A stretch of 64,000 bases of DNA, from the NCBI RefSeq assembly GCF_011386835.1, contig NC_088791.1, positions 349,928,001-349,992,000 of the forward strand. The letters run 5' to 3'. Under the pieces are notes generated by a model that searched no databases, had not been told where the DNA came from, and saw only the letters and a program-made list of their open reading frames with translations. The DNA comes from Chrysemys picta bellii (Eukaryota). Each line of letters opens with the position of its first letter. Within the stretch, counting starts at the first letter, position 1. Positions 36,518-49,465 of the stretch are shown here, one piece after another. A program made the position numbers and the translations under genes.

Positions 36518-38539
36518 AGCAATAAACCACTTTCATGTGTGAAATGAGGTTCCATTTCCATGAATACTCATGCATTTGACTTTGAAAGCCACTTCCTGCA
36601 AACCCTCAGCGTGCCTGAATAACAGGTGCTGGGGTCACTGTGTACCGGAGAGTGAGAGCTCAGGGAATGAATATTTCATATATCGATCCCAATGGCGGTC
36701 ACTACTTTGGATACCGGCTACAGACTGACAGAACAGAACCTGAGGAGAACCAGTCAGCTATTAAACCAGGGACAGAGGAACTACTAGACTTTTGTTTGCT
36801 GACAAGCGACTGAATGAGGGCTGAGACGCTGCGATCTTTTAAGGTTCTGAAAAAATCCAGATGACATGAACTAGGTTTTAAGTCCCACTCTAAGCTGAGA
36901 AATCATCTCTGAAAGAAGATCAGAGGGGAAAGAATGGGTTGACATGTGTGTACTAAAGTACAGATATGCAAATTGAATGCCAAAACTTTTCATCATAATA
37001 CAAATCAAAGGTTCATGACATGCATGTCTAGCCAAAGCTAGCAGTAGAGTTGTTGGAATCTACTATAGGAAGGAGCATTGGTAACAGTTCGTGGCCTTTG
37101 TTTTAGAATTACTCCAAATCCTGTTTGCGATGGGTTTGTGCTATTAATTTTTTTGTTCAGTGAACCACTGTATGATACTGTCTCCTGGTAACTGACAAGA
37201 AGCTGTTTCTAACACTTACATTCAGGGTCCTGCTTTCATTCACTCTCCAAGACTTGTGCAAGGCTTTCCAAAGAGTCCTGAGAGAACAGAACCGCTGGTC
37301 TGTGTTTCTGCAGAGTAGAGCTGAGGTGCAGCAAAGGGGAGTGTAATAGAGATTGTATATAATTTATGCCCATCAACTGTTACACACTCATGGCTGAAGT
37401 AACTTGCACACTCAGCTGAATATCAGTGCACACCGTGTCTTTGCACTATTCACCCTTTGCGAAGCGAACCCTCCCCCCCAGCTGAAATAACTGTCAGTGT
37501 TAGCTTGTAACTTGCCTGATATCTACAGGCCTGCAGTTCCTGTGAGGATGAAAAGAAGCTTGTTGGATGACTGAGTTTTCTGGAATCAGTCAATGCTGAC
37601 CAGGCAAAGCACTTCAGCTTCTCTTGGAGGGATTCTTGAGAGTCAGGGTGTATCACCGGGAGCATTTGGTAATGGAAAGTTAATAGAGGTTGGTTCTGAT
37701 TGAATTTACACATGTAAATCTGGAGTGATGCTGTTGAAGTCACTGTTACTGAATTCAGAACCTGGCCCTGAGAATTGATCCCATGTGCTACAAAGAGGGA
37801 GTGGCAGAATTTCGACTGAGGAGTGAAGAAAGTAAAAAAAAATGCATATAAAGAGGCAATGAAACACACTTATAAATCGCTTCAATGGAGGACAGATAAT
37901 ACAATGACCACTTTCACCCTGCACTTGCCATGTTTTTATGCATGTCACGATACAATGGGCCACACTCAGAAGTGAAGGGCCAGAAAGGGTTTCTGTGTGA
38001 AAGTTACAGCTCTAAAATCACAGTTATCAAATAGGCTGTGGAATTCCCAGCCACAGGATATCACTGGGGATCAGAGCATGGCAGGATTCAAAGAGGGTTT
38101 GGTGCTTATAGCGGTAATTGGAAAATCCAATTTCATTAGTGAGAATTTTTTTTAAATGTCTTGGAAGGGCTCTAAACCCTCCTGTTTTACACCACAAAAT
38201 ATGTCTAACTAGTGGGTGTCAGGGGGAAATTTTCCCTGGGAGCAGGTTATTCATAGCTGCCCATTGCAGGGTTTCTTCCACCTTCCTCTGAAGCTTCTGG
38301 AACTGGTCACTGGATACTGAGCTAGATGGACTGCAGGTCTGATCCAGTCTGGCAGTGCCTATCTTCCTATCAATGGTGTAAATCGAAGACTATGTTTTTA
38401 ATGATCTTCCTTGAGATCCTGGGAGTCTCTAGACTTGCACTCAGAGCAGAAAGTTGTCTCATTAAATATCAGCTCGTCTCCTGTTCTTTTTCCTTTCAGG
38501 AAGGAATGTTGAAAACTCCTTGGACCTGCCCAGTACATT

Positions 38540-39475
38540 ATGTCAGCTGTCAATGACACCAAATTCCAATTTGCAGTGTTCCTTCTCACTGGGATACTTG
38601 GAAAGGAAGACGTCTATCTCTGGATCGCTATCCCCTTCTGCTTAGCGTACGTTACTTCAATAGTAGGAAATTCAGTCATTCTGTTCATTATAAAAACAGA
38701 TCCAAGCCTCCATGACCCCATGTACATTTTCCTTTCCATGTTGGCCGTCACAGACCTTGGCTTATCGATAACCACCATACCTACGATACTGGGCATATTC
38801 TTGTTCAACTCTAGGGAGATCAGCCTCGATGCCTGTTTTGCCCAGCTGTTCTTCATCCACTTGCTTCAAGGTATGGAATCCTCCTTCCTCTTGTTGATGG
38901 CCTTTGACCGCTTCATTGCAATCTGTAACCCATTGAGATATGCTTCCATCTTAACTCCACCGAGGTTAGTCAAAATGGGACTGCTGTGTGTGCTAAGAGG
39001 GGTGGCTGTAGTATTACCACTCCCTTTTCTGCTGAAACGGTTCCAATACTGTCGAGCCAATGTCCTCTCCCATTCCTACTGCGTGCATCAGGAGGTCATG
39101 AAGCTGGCTTGTGCGGATATCACAGTCAACAATATCTATGGTTTGTCTACTGCACTCTTAACCATGGGCTTGGACTCGCTGCTCATCTTCCTCTCTTATA
39201 TGATTATCCTCAAAACAGTGCTGAATGTTGCGTCCCATGAGGAGTGTTTCAGGGCCCTGAACACCTGTGTTTCCCACCTCTGTGCTGTCCTGCTCTTCTA
39301 CATACCAGAGATCGGCTTGTCTGTGATACACAGATTTGGGAATAGCTCTTCTCACTTGCTTCAGTTTGTCCTGGGCTACTTCTATCTGCTGGTCCCACCC
39401 CTAATGAACCCCATCGTGTACAGTGTGAAAAGCAAACACCTTCGTGCGAGGATAATCAGGGTATTCATCAACTGA
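38540..39475 (+). CDS. Class I olfactory receptor, OR51-like (OR4)
   Basis: 311-aa intact ORF with the same OR motifs; LTGIPG is changed to LTGILG. Confidence 0.96.
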   Translation: MSAVNDTKFQFAVFLLTGILGKEDVYLWIAIPFCLAYVTSIVGNSVILFIIKTDPSLHDPMYIFLSMLAVTDLGLSITTIPTILGIFLFNSREISLDACFAQLFFIHLLQGMESSFLLLMAFDRFIAICNPLRYASILTPPRLVKMGLLCVLRGVAVVLPLPFLLKRFQYCRANVLSHSYCVHQEVMKLACADITVNNIYGLSTALLTMGLDSLLIFLSYMIILKTVLNVASHEECFRALNTCVSHLCAVLLFYIPEIGLSVIHRFGNSSSHLLQFVLGYFYLLVPPLMNPIVYSVKSKHLRARIIRVFIN

Positions 39476-42007
39476 AGGGTCAGTTCCTCACACTGCTCCC
39501 ATACTAGTGACCTGAGAGTCAAAAAACATGGTCCACAGCCATCTATTCCATCCTGGACCCTTCCATCCGAGAAGACATGAGCTACTGATCTCCACTCAGA
39601 CCCAGAGCAAGGGGAGAGGGGCTGGTGAGGCAGGAGAGTGCAGTCAGGGAAGGAGACCAAGGCAGGAAGCAGCATTTATAAAGTGTCTGTGTTCATGGAA
39701 AACCAGGGGACTGCTGCGTTGTTGGCCCAAAAGAGTCGTATTGGTGGCTGCTCCAACCTCAGAATTCCTATGATGTCAGTATAGAGAAGGGATGTGGATG
39801 TGGTTTCCCATTACACCTGGCCTGTCACTGTCCCGTCTCCGACTAAACATCCAAGGACCATGGCAAAAGCTGCAGAGTTGTTCTGCCATCGCAGTCCTGG
39901 TCCTTCCTGGGCTCTCTGGGTGCTGTGTGATCCATGGGGCTGCACCAGCTGTGGACAGAGGCTATTACTGGGGCATAGACACCCACCCATCCCCTACGCC
40001 CCCAGCCAGATTCCTGTGACTGAGTCGTGTCAGAGACCTGATTAACACAGGAGCTCCAGGAGAAGCCATTTAGGCACCCCTACCCGACTGATAGCTCTGC
40101 ACACACCATACCCGCTGAGCCCTCTTCCCACCGACGCAGAGCAGAGCTACATGTGTGAGTGAGGCTCTGACACACAGGAGTCCTGGCAAGAGACTCAGGC
40201 CGAGGTTCCCTCCATTTGTGCTGCCCCAGCTGCTTGGAAAGGTTGGAAACACACCTCAACTCCCTCAGAGAGGCACAGCTGGCTCCTCTCCCAGCCTAGC
40301 TCATGCAGTTTAGGGCGACCACCTTCTCAAAAGGTAAAAGCAGGACACATGAAGGAGTCCTGCCTCCCTGTGACCCTGCCCCTGCCCCTCTTCGTCCCCC
40401 TGAGGCTCCACCCACTCCTCCTCCTCTTCCTCTGAGGCCTTTGCCCCATCTTCCCCCCCACAAGGTTTCATGCTCTGCTCCTCCTCTTCCCCTTGAGGGA
40501 CCACCTCCTGGTCTTCCTGAAAGCCGGAGGTAGGCTGTGTTAAGAGCCACCCAGGGATCCCGGCCCACCATGGGGAACCACGGACCCTCTATCGGGGGGG
40601 GGGCAAGAGGAGGAGTAGAAGCCCCAAAGCAGCCCCCATCCCATGACCCTGACTCCCCACAGGTACCAAAATGGAGTTCAGTGTCATGTGATCTGGTCAC
40701 ATGTCTTTGCATTCCCTGCTGGGTCATAGCAGCCATTACCCATAGGCTGTCTGGAGCGTTCTCAGGAAGGTTCACCAGGTGGGGGATAAGCTTCTCCTAG
40801 GACCTATTATTTCCCCTAATGTGCCAATAACTGGAATAGGCCCTTCATAGCCAGCTGTCTAGACTGTAAATATTTTGCCTAGTGGGTGTCACCGTGGTGT
40901 AACTATACAGATAAATAGTCAATATTCATAACTTCAGATGCAAAAATAAAAATATGCATAAAAGTGGGATAATCATATTCTGCCAATCATAACTTTTCCG
41001 TAGAAACCTCACAGGACATATTTTTTACAAGATGTGTTATAACTATGTCACAATCATATCACAATGATGAATATGGGGGCAGTGTCAGAAAAGCCTCCTC
41101 AGCTGCCCTGGAACCTGCATGGCACAGATAAAAAGCTCAGGTTCTTCAAGAAGAGACAACTGCGTGGTAGCAGACGTGGTGGTGGTGGGGGGGACTGGGT
41201 TGCAGTCACGGGGGCCAGGGAGGCTCTGGGCTTCTCCAGGGGTGGGGGGCTCTTGGAAGCCATTACCATCCAGCGGAGGTCAGCCCAGCCCTCAGGCTGC
41301 TCTAAACTCCACTGAGGCAGGGGAAGAATGGGCCAGCAAATCAAACCACTGTAACTGGCTCCTTGCCATCCCCACTCTCTGCAGCACAAGGGGGAGCTTT
41401 GCTGGCGCAGCAGAGAATCGAGCCAGGCCTGTCACTGCTCAGAGGTCTGGAAGGCTGGGCCTGTGGTCTGGGCAGTGCTGTGTGACTCAGGAGAGCTGGG
41501 TTTGATTCCCTGCCCTCTGTGACTGTGGGTAAGCTATAGGCTATCTCTGCACGTCTGCTAAGGTGGATAATAGCCCTGCCCTGCCTCACAGTGGTGGCGA
41601 GAGGATAAATACATTCAAGTGCTCAGATACTCTGCGACGCTAAGCTCAGGGCTATGCCAGTGTTCCACAGAGCAACGCCTCTGACATTAATCTATCAAAG
41701 GCCTCTTACCACAGCCTCCTGTGACAGATGGCATCTGGGAAGCCCCATGAGTCCAGCCCCTTGGTGTCTGTGGCAGATGTGGGGGTGCTCAGGGGTGACA
41801 GTGAGGGGTAAGTAGTGGCTTTTTGAGGCGAGTGCTGCTGCGTCACGGGCATTAGAGTTTTTGAGCCATTGAGGTTGAATTGGTCTAACTGCCGAGCAAT
41901 GGCCACTGGGGGTTCCTCTTAGATGGTCTGGCTCGAAGGAAGGAGTCTGAGGGCAAAGGTTACTATGGTAACTGGGCCCAGGCTGACACAGGTTTCAGTA
42001 AAGACTC

Positions 42008-43141
42008 TGTGATGGGTTTGGTCACAGAGATCCCCTTGGGACTGTCACCTGATGTGCTGAAATTACCTCTGAGCCAGTTTTCTCTGCCACCTTGGGACCT
42101 CTGGGACCCTGTCTTATTGAGCCAGACATGCTAACCTGCTGCAACGCAGACCTGCGGTCTGGGATAAGCTCCCCAAACTGCAGATTTTAGCTGAAAACTG
42201 CTCAGCAGGTTACCTGTCTCCAGCTCCCAGACACCCAGTTCCCAATGGGATCCAAACCCCAAATAAATCCGTTTTACTCTGTATAATGCGTATCTAGGGT
42301 AAATTCATAAATTGTCTGACCCCCTATAACACTGATAGAGAGATATGCACAGCTGTTTGCTCCCCCAGGTATTAATCACTTACTCTGGGTTTATTAATAA
42401 ACCAAAGTGATTTTATTAAGTATAAAAAGTAGGATGTATGTGCTTTCAAGTAATAACAGACAGAACAAATTAAGTCACAAACAAAATGAAACAAAACACG
42501 CAAGGCTAAGTGTAATACATTAAGAAACTGATTACAGTTAATATCTCACCCTCAAAGATGTTCCAATAAGCTTACTTCACAGATTGGACTATTTTCTGCT
42601 CTGGGCCAAATCCTTTCCCCTGGTACTGTCTTTGTTAGATCCAGCAGACATCTCAGGTGATAAGCAGGGGTTTTCTCATGACTGGCAGCCCCCTCCTTCC
42701 TGCTCCACCCTCTTTTATAACTTTGGCACAAGGCAGGAATCCCCCGTCTCTCTTGTTACCCGCCCGACATGCTAAATGGAAAAGTAACAGATCTACGATG
42801 GATGTCACCACCATGCGACATGGCCATATGTCTCCAAGACCTCCAATCTCTACCCCACCCCCCGGGCTGGTCCTCACGCACACAGGAAGGCCTGCAGGCA
42901 AACAAACCAATGCCCCATTGACGGCCCCCACCCGGCGCGACCACAACAGTGACACAAGTCCACATCCCATCTCCCCAACTCCAGACACAGAAACAACACA
43001 TGCAAACAAATAGGATGAACACACTTAGCAGACCACAAGCTTTCCAATCACATCACACAAGAGACCTCTTGCATAAAGCACATTCCAGCCACATCACACT
43101 CACAAGCATACCTCCCCAAGCAAGTGGAGTGTAATGTCACA
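42008..43141 (-). mobile_element. Solo LTR (paralog of 19306-20399)
   Basis: TGTGATGGG...GTCACA ends; retains ~80 bp near 42105-42190 that is missing in U2 and U3. Confidence 0.8.
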
Positions 43142-43660
43142 GGCTGCTTTCACAAGAAAGGGGCAAACAGATGGGAAGATGCTTTCAGAGACACATGTAA
43201 ACTAGGCTGTGTCCCAAGAACTCCATGGCTTCCCAAAAGAATGTAAGTTGGGCCATTTCTGTTTCTCTATCTCCAGAGCAAAGCCTGTCTAACTTAGGTT
43301 GTTGTAATACATGAGATAAATGAGTGTAGATGTGTGACAGCTGTCTTTTATTTTAAAACCTTTTTCTCTGATGCTTTCCGCTGTTTGCTAATAAACCTAT
43401 TCGTTTTAAGGAAGCTGGGGTGACTGTTCAGCTCTGGTCACAAACCCCGAATGGAAGAGACTGAGGTTTCCAGTCAGACCTTCTTGGCATTTAGCGTAGT
43501 TGGGATTGTGTTCCTTACTCGAAGAATGGGAGAATTGTAAGACTTGCCTGAAGACAGGGAAGAACCTTGTTTAAAGGTTAAAGAGACCATACATCCTGGT
43601 TTTACTGTGACAATCCCAATTTTTCTTGGCCAGTCTCTATCCTTGTTGACTGCTTGTCAG

Positions 43661-44257
43661 TGTAGTAAGATGAGGCCCTGAAACATAAACTCTTGCATCA
43701 GAGGCCTGTTATGAGGCCTAAGGCCTGAACTAAAGTAATGGTCAAGAATTTGCTAATATAAAGCAAAGTTAAATTGTGAGCAAAAGGCAGGCCCTGCTCA
43801 CAAAAGCTGGCAAGAAGAGGGCTGATGTTGCAAATATATACATAGCTAAAAGGTACTGAGTACTAGTAATATAAACATGTGCCAGGATGGTACCAGAACA
43901 TTCTGGTACTAGCACATTCCACATAGATAACAAAGAACATGCCGACCCATCCTAAAGACAGGGGCAAAAGGATAATATGATGGAGTTGTTTTGATTGAAC
44001 CAACATGTACAAGGTAATAGGCAACACTTTAGTACGTAGAGGGGTTGTACCTCAATACGTTAGGAGTGATGTGTAACTTGTTTGTACCTGTGTATAAAAA
44101 TGTACCTCTGAGGGGTTGTCTTTCTCTGGCCTAGGGGACAGTGGAGAATCCCGCCACTGACTGAGCCGGTCCATTGTCAGGGGGCAAATATTTGTAGTAT
44201 GTCCGGTAGTATGTCAATGGTATGTATGTCCAGTAGTATGTCTGGTAGAGTCTATGG
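43661..44257 (+). mobile_element. ERV-like LTR, 3'-truncated
   Basis: Starts TGTAGTAAGATGAGGCC; TGTATAAAAA box at ~44091; degenerate GTAGTATGTC repeats at the end; no TSD found. Confidence 0.55.
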
Positions 44258-44288
44258 GAAATGGTTCTGATACTGTCGAGCCAATGTC
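44258..44288 (+). pseudogene. 31-bp remnant of an OR coding sequence
   Basis: GAAATGGTTCTGATACTGTCGAGCCAATGTC matches OR5 GAAACGGTTCCGATACTGTCGAGCCAATGTC (~52080-52110) at 29/31. Confidence 0.7.
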
Positions 44289-44309
44289 AATGGTGCCTGT
44301 CTCATATTT

Positions 44310-46598
44310 AGAGTCGTCAATCTGCCCCACTACAGGGAGATTCCCACATCTGAGCCATTCCTTTTCGGTGAGGACCTGTCCCACATTGCGGTGTCAGTGC
44401 AAGAGGTTGTAATGCTGCACCCTATATTCATTGTAGTATTGTGATTATGAGATGTTTATGACATAATTATACCTCTGCTACAAGGTGTGTCTTGTGAGGT
44501 GTCATTGGAAAAGTTACGGTTTACTGAATATGATTATCCTATTTCTGTGCATGTATCATTTTTGTACCTGAAGTTATGAATATTTACTCTGTATCTGTAT
44601 TTCAAATGTGCTTACTCTGGGTAACACCAACAACTAGCCTCTCAGGTAGAACGACAAAGAAGCTAGGCAGGGCTGATGGCTCATTAACCAGGTTAATTGA
44701 TGATGGAAGAGGTTAGCCTTCCTGTGAATGTTTCGGCCAGCCTATGAGCAATGGCTGTCATGGCTCAACAGGGCATGCAAGGGCATGGGACCAGATTTCA
44801 TGGCACTGAACTCCATATTGGTACCTGTATTTTTCCACAAACTGGGCTGGGAACTTGGCTTAAAATAAAGTGTTCCCACCATATGGAAAAACTATATAAG
44901 GTGGGGACTGATACCCTCTTTTGGCCTCACTCCCCGCACAAGAGAGTTCCTAGAAAAAACGAGGAAGAAAGACTGAATTAGGGGAAGGGCTGGTCCCAGG
45001 CTAAAGGGATTTCTAACCTGTGTATGGAAACCTGGTGCACTACACGTATCATCAGAAAGGATGAGAAATTGCTATTTCAAATCCTATCTATCTACTGTGT
45101 TAGCCTTAGTTTGCAGTTTTGTTTATTTGCTAGGTTATCTGCTTTCATCTGTTAGCTATCACTTATAATAATGTAAAATCGATCTTTGAGTAATTAATAA
45201 ACTTCTTTTATGTTTTATCATAACCAGGGTGTTTTGACTGAAGCGTCTGGGAAAATCTCAGCTGTACACAAAGGCTGTTACATACCTTTCCCACATTCAG
45301 TGGAAAGCCTCCTATATTAATAAATTTGTACAGATCCCTGTGCAGTGCAAGATGGTATAATTCTGGGTTTATTCTACAGCAAGGGTGCAAGGCTGGGGAG
45401 CTGGGAAATTGTTTGTTGTCTCCTGTTTGTCCTTGAGTGGCTTAGGTAAAGCATTCAGGTAGCTCAGTTGGGTGTGTGGCAACACGTGCTCCCATGCTGG
45501 GTGACAACACTGCCTGGAGAGGCCAGCAGAGCAGTGTGAGAGATGCCAGCCCAGCTGAATGGATAGGGGGCTCAGTGGTTCCATCGGCTCCCAGCCTGCA
45601 CCCCAGGGGAGACAAACTGTCACAGAGGTTTTAGAACAAACTGATAAATTAAACAGTAATAAGTCACCAGGACCAGATGATATTCATGCAAGAATTCTGA
45701 AGGAACTCAAATGTCAAATTGCAGAACTACTAACTGGTATGTAACCTAGCACTTAAATCAGCCTTTGTTCCTGATGACTGGCAAATAGCTAGTGTGATGC
45801 TGATTTTATTAAAAAGTCTCCATGGGCGATCCTGGCTATTACAGGCCAGTAATCCTAAATTTAGCAGCATGCAAATTAGTTAAACCTATAGTAAAGAACA
45901 AAATTAACAGACACCTACATGAACATGATTTGTTGTGGAATTGTCAATGTGGCTTGTGTAAACGGAAATCGTGCCTTGCCAATCTATCTGAATTCTTTGA
46001 GAGGATCAACAAAAGTGGGCAAGTGTGATACGGAGGATATAGTGTACTTGGAAGTTCAGGAAGTCTTTGACAAGGTCACTCACCAAAGGCTCTTAAGAAA
46101 GGTAAGCAGTCATAGGATAATGAGGAAGGTTCTCTCATAGATCAGTAACTAGTTGAAAGATAGGAAACAAAGGGCAGGAATCAATGGTCAGTTTTCACAA
46201 TAGAGATAGGTAAATAGTGGTTTCCCATAGGGATCTGTACTGGGACCAGTGCTGTTTCACATAGTCATAAATGATCTGGAAAAAGGGGTAAGCAATGAGG
46301 TGGAAAAATTTGCAGTCAAGACAAAATTATTCACTATACTGAAGTCCAAAGCAGACTGTCAAGTGTTACAAAAGGATCTCAGAAAACTCAGTGACTGAGC
46401 AACTAAATGAAATTTAGTGTTGATAAATGCACTGTAATGCACATTGGAAAACATAATCCCAACTATACATTGAAAATGATGGTTCTAAATTAGCTGTTAC
46501 CACTGAAGAAAGAGATCATGGAGTCATTGGGTATCGTTCTCTGAAAACATCTGCTTAATGTGCAGAGGCAGTCAAAAAAGCTAACAGAATATTGGGAA
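44310..46598 (+). mobile_element. CR1 ORF2 fragment, decayed, interrupted by an LTR
   Basis: Reads ..PTSEPFL..LSHIAVS|EVLEQTDKLNSNKSPGPDDIHARILKELK across the LTR, then IVYLEVQEVFDKVTHQRLL. Confidence 0.85.
44408..45624 (+). mobile_element. Solo LTR (1217 bp, Gypsy-type)
   Basis: TGTAAT...GTCACA ends; 5-bp TSD GAGGT at 44403-44407 and 45625-45629, inside the CR1. Confidence 0.88.
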
Positions 46599-46880
46599 CC
46601 ATAGGTGGTGGATATAGGCCCGGATATAGGCCTACATATATCCAGGCAGTAAGAGGGTATAGTCCAGTAAAGGGTTAGACTTCCCTGGCGCATATGTGGC
46701 CACCAGCCATTGATTGCAGAGTTTGCACAGAGAAGTTGTTGCTTATTATTATGCACCATGCAGGTTCCAGGGTGGCTGAGGAGGCAATATGTGTTACTCA
46801 GATTCCTGGGTTCATCAGTGATCTCCTTGGACTCCACGGAGATTACTGATGAAACCAGGAAGCTGAGTAACACAGACCGC

Positions 46881-47330
46881 TGTCACAGGTTGTCACCTCC
46901 GGGGTGCAGTCTGGGAGCCATCCGAATCGCTGTGCCCCTTAACCCTCCAACTGGGCTGGCCAATCTTACACTGCTTTGTTGGTGACACAGCCAATCTCTG
47001 CAAGCCTTGTTATCAACAACGACAGCAGCTGTTGCCATAAACCCAACTGAGCTACCTATGTGCTTTACCTAAGCCACTCAAACACAGGCAGGAGACAAGA
47101 GCCAATATCCCAGCTCCCATGGCTTGCACCCTTGCTGGCATATAAACCCAGACTTATACTGCCTTGCACTGCACAGGGGTCTTTACAACGTGCACTCATT
47201 AATACAGGTCGCTTTGCCCTTGATGTGGGAAGGATATGCAACAGCCTTTGTACACAGAGCTGAGATTTTCCTCAGACACTTTACCCAAAACACACTGGTA
47301 AAGATAAAGCATAAAACCAGTTTATTAGCC
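46881..47330 (-). mobile_element. Truncated LTR of the 44408-45624 family, opposite orientation
   Basis: Diverged reverse-complement similarity to ~45195-45624. Confidence 0.75.
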
Positions 47331-47563
47331 ACTGCCACAGGCCCTGGTGGCACATCTCTGATGAACCTGTGCTAGCAGTTTGCTGGAGAGGGTCCTAGAG
47401 TAGCTGTGGAGGCACAAAGATTGTGTGTGGAGGGGGGACTAGCTACCAGTGGATCACTGAGATCTGTACATAACTTTAAGGATCTATGTAATCTCCCTTC
47501 TCTGTCCTGCAGGCTGAGTTTGTAATGCAGGAAAAAGGGCTGACAGGAAGAAATCTGGTCCTA

Positions 47564-47613
<50 letters not shown>
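47564..47613. repeat. (TAT)n microsatellite
   Basis: About 16 perfect units; the paralogous tract is short at ~10678, 22237 and 32931. Confidence 0.95.
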
Positions 47614-47616
<3 letters not shown>

Positions 47617-48789
47617 TTCAGTAAGATCACAGCTGTGACGGCATCATCATTAGCCCTCGGTCGTCCCCGAAGTCGCCATGTGACTAATCAGAACCATATG
47701 AACAGTGATGACAAGCCCGGATTCCACAAATAGATCCTGCAGCAGGGCATCACCACACATCCCCTGTGATTTGGCCTCTGGCAGTTTGCCATTGGCTGAG
47801 GCAGGGGTTAAAACCGAGCAGCTGAGGTTCCCTGATGGCCAAGTGGCCCCCAAGGAATGTGCAAACATGCTTCATAAAGACAGTTGCCTCCCGATCTGAA
47901 CACATACTGCCTGCTGCCTGTGCAACTTCTCCGATGACTCCTGGTCCTTTTGGGTGAAGACCTCTGGTGTCAGCGGCTCCCCGTCTAGCAGGAATTGGGT
48001 ACGTTGGCAGGTTTCACTATCTTTAAAATGTGCAGTGAAGGGGAAAGGCTGCAAACTGTTTCCATTGGCAGATGTTCTGTGCAGCAGCAGAGGACTCAGC
48101 TGGGCTGTCGGGGTGACTCAGTGACGGGGCTGGAGGACAGGCAGCGCTAGGTAGCTTAGGAACCTCTCCCCTACATCTGCCCATGCTCCATGGGGGGCTG
48201 TTCAAGCTACACAGAAAGCCAGACATTCAAACCGAGCTCGGAGTGTAAAAACCCCAAAGCCCCGAGTCAGGATTTTTGAAGGGCTCCCATTTCTAGAGGT
48301 GCTGTGTGCTCTGGGCCCAATCCTGCCACCGGCTGAGGGAGAGGAGACCCCACAGATTATCAGTGACTAGTTCCTAAATCACCTCAGGTTTATTTACTCC
48401 TGAAAATTTAATTAGCAAATGCATTTTCAAAGGGTTTATTCTCTGGCTCAGTTGTGAACGCAGGAATTCAGAGCTGCGTTGCTCTGTGGTAACAGGTCCA
48501 ATAGGGCATATTTCTGCTTCCTTAGCGGCTGAGGGCTCCAGCACTTCCACCCTGTAGATAGCCGTCAAAGTTAGAGGCTTCCCATGTCTCTGACTCCTCT
48601 TGGTCTCTGAGGGCCACATTTCAGGCCTCGTAGTCTTCCCTTACATGGGATGGAATCCCACGATCCTCCCACCCTCAGCCTGCACCCTGGGGTACAGCAC
48701 ACTACGGCCGACTGTGGATGCCGAGCAGGTCTGTGTGGGTTCGGCACCTGTGATTCTTCCCTCTGGGACTGTGGGAGTATTGATGAGAC

Positions 48790-48916
48790 TGGGGCGACCA
48801 GACAGCAAGTGTCAAAAATCGGGACGGGGGGAGAGGGGGGGTAATAGGAGCCTATATAAGAAAAAGACCCCAAAATTGGGACTGTCCCTATAAAATCAGG
48901 ACATCTGGTCACCCTA
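48790..48916. mobile_element. hAT-type MITE (127 bp)
   Basis: TGGGGCGACCAG...CTGGTCACCCTA TIRs; 8-bp TSD GATGAGAC at 48782-48789 and 48917-48924. Confidence 0.9.
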
Positions 48917-49412
48917 GATGAGACTAATGACCAACCAGCCTTCTTGAAACAAAATACTGTTTAATATGAACAGAAGGAATAAAGTGTAACATGGGAGAAT
49001 AGAAGGGTTTTCAAACAACTTCTCAGCAACAGCTGCCCCACCTCTGGACAGACTCCCAGCGCTGGCAAAAACAAGCTGTGTAACATGGCTGGAGCCCGGG
49101 AATAGGCTCCTCCTGGCTTATATCTCCAGTGTAGTCTCTCAATCTCCCTGGGGTGGTGACTGAGCGATGGCTTTTCTTCAACTATTCCTTCCCTTCCTCC
49201 TTGTTTTCCAGCAGCCTGCTATTAAACTAAGATGAGTCACACTAGTTTCACCTTATATAGCCATAACAGAAACATCCCAATAGTCAACCCAATATAGCCA
49301 TACAGCAAACATCCCCAGAACTGGGTTTAACACACACATTCATTATAGGAGCTCAGTTCCATGTCTGTCACAGTGCCAATCCCGGGTGCTATGCATTTTG
49401 TGAATACAGAAC

Positions 49413-49465
<53 letters not shown>

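Noticed and set aside
16527-39475. Possibility that U3 or U4 is a false duplication from assembly
   Set aside because: The copies differ by many substitutions, indels and a TSD-flanked LTR, more than expected from sequencing error; uncollapsed haplotypes cannot be fully excluded without reads
46490-46985. 127-aa (-) and 91-aa (+) ORFs over the hairpin island
   Set aside because: They cross CR1 and LTR junctions and show no recognisable viral or cellular motif in any frame I translated
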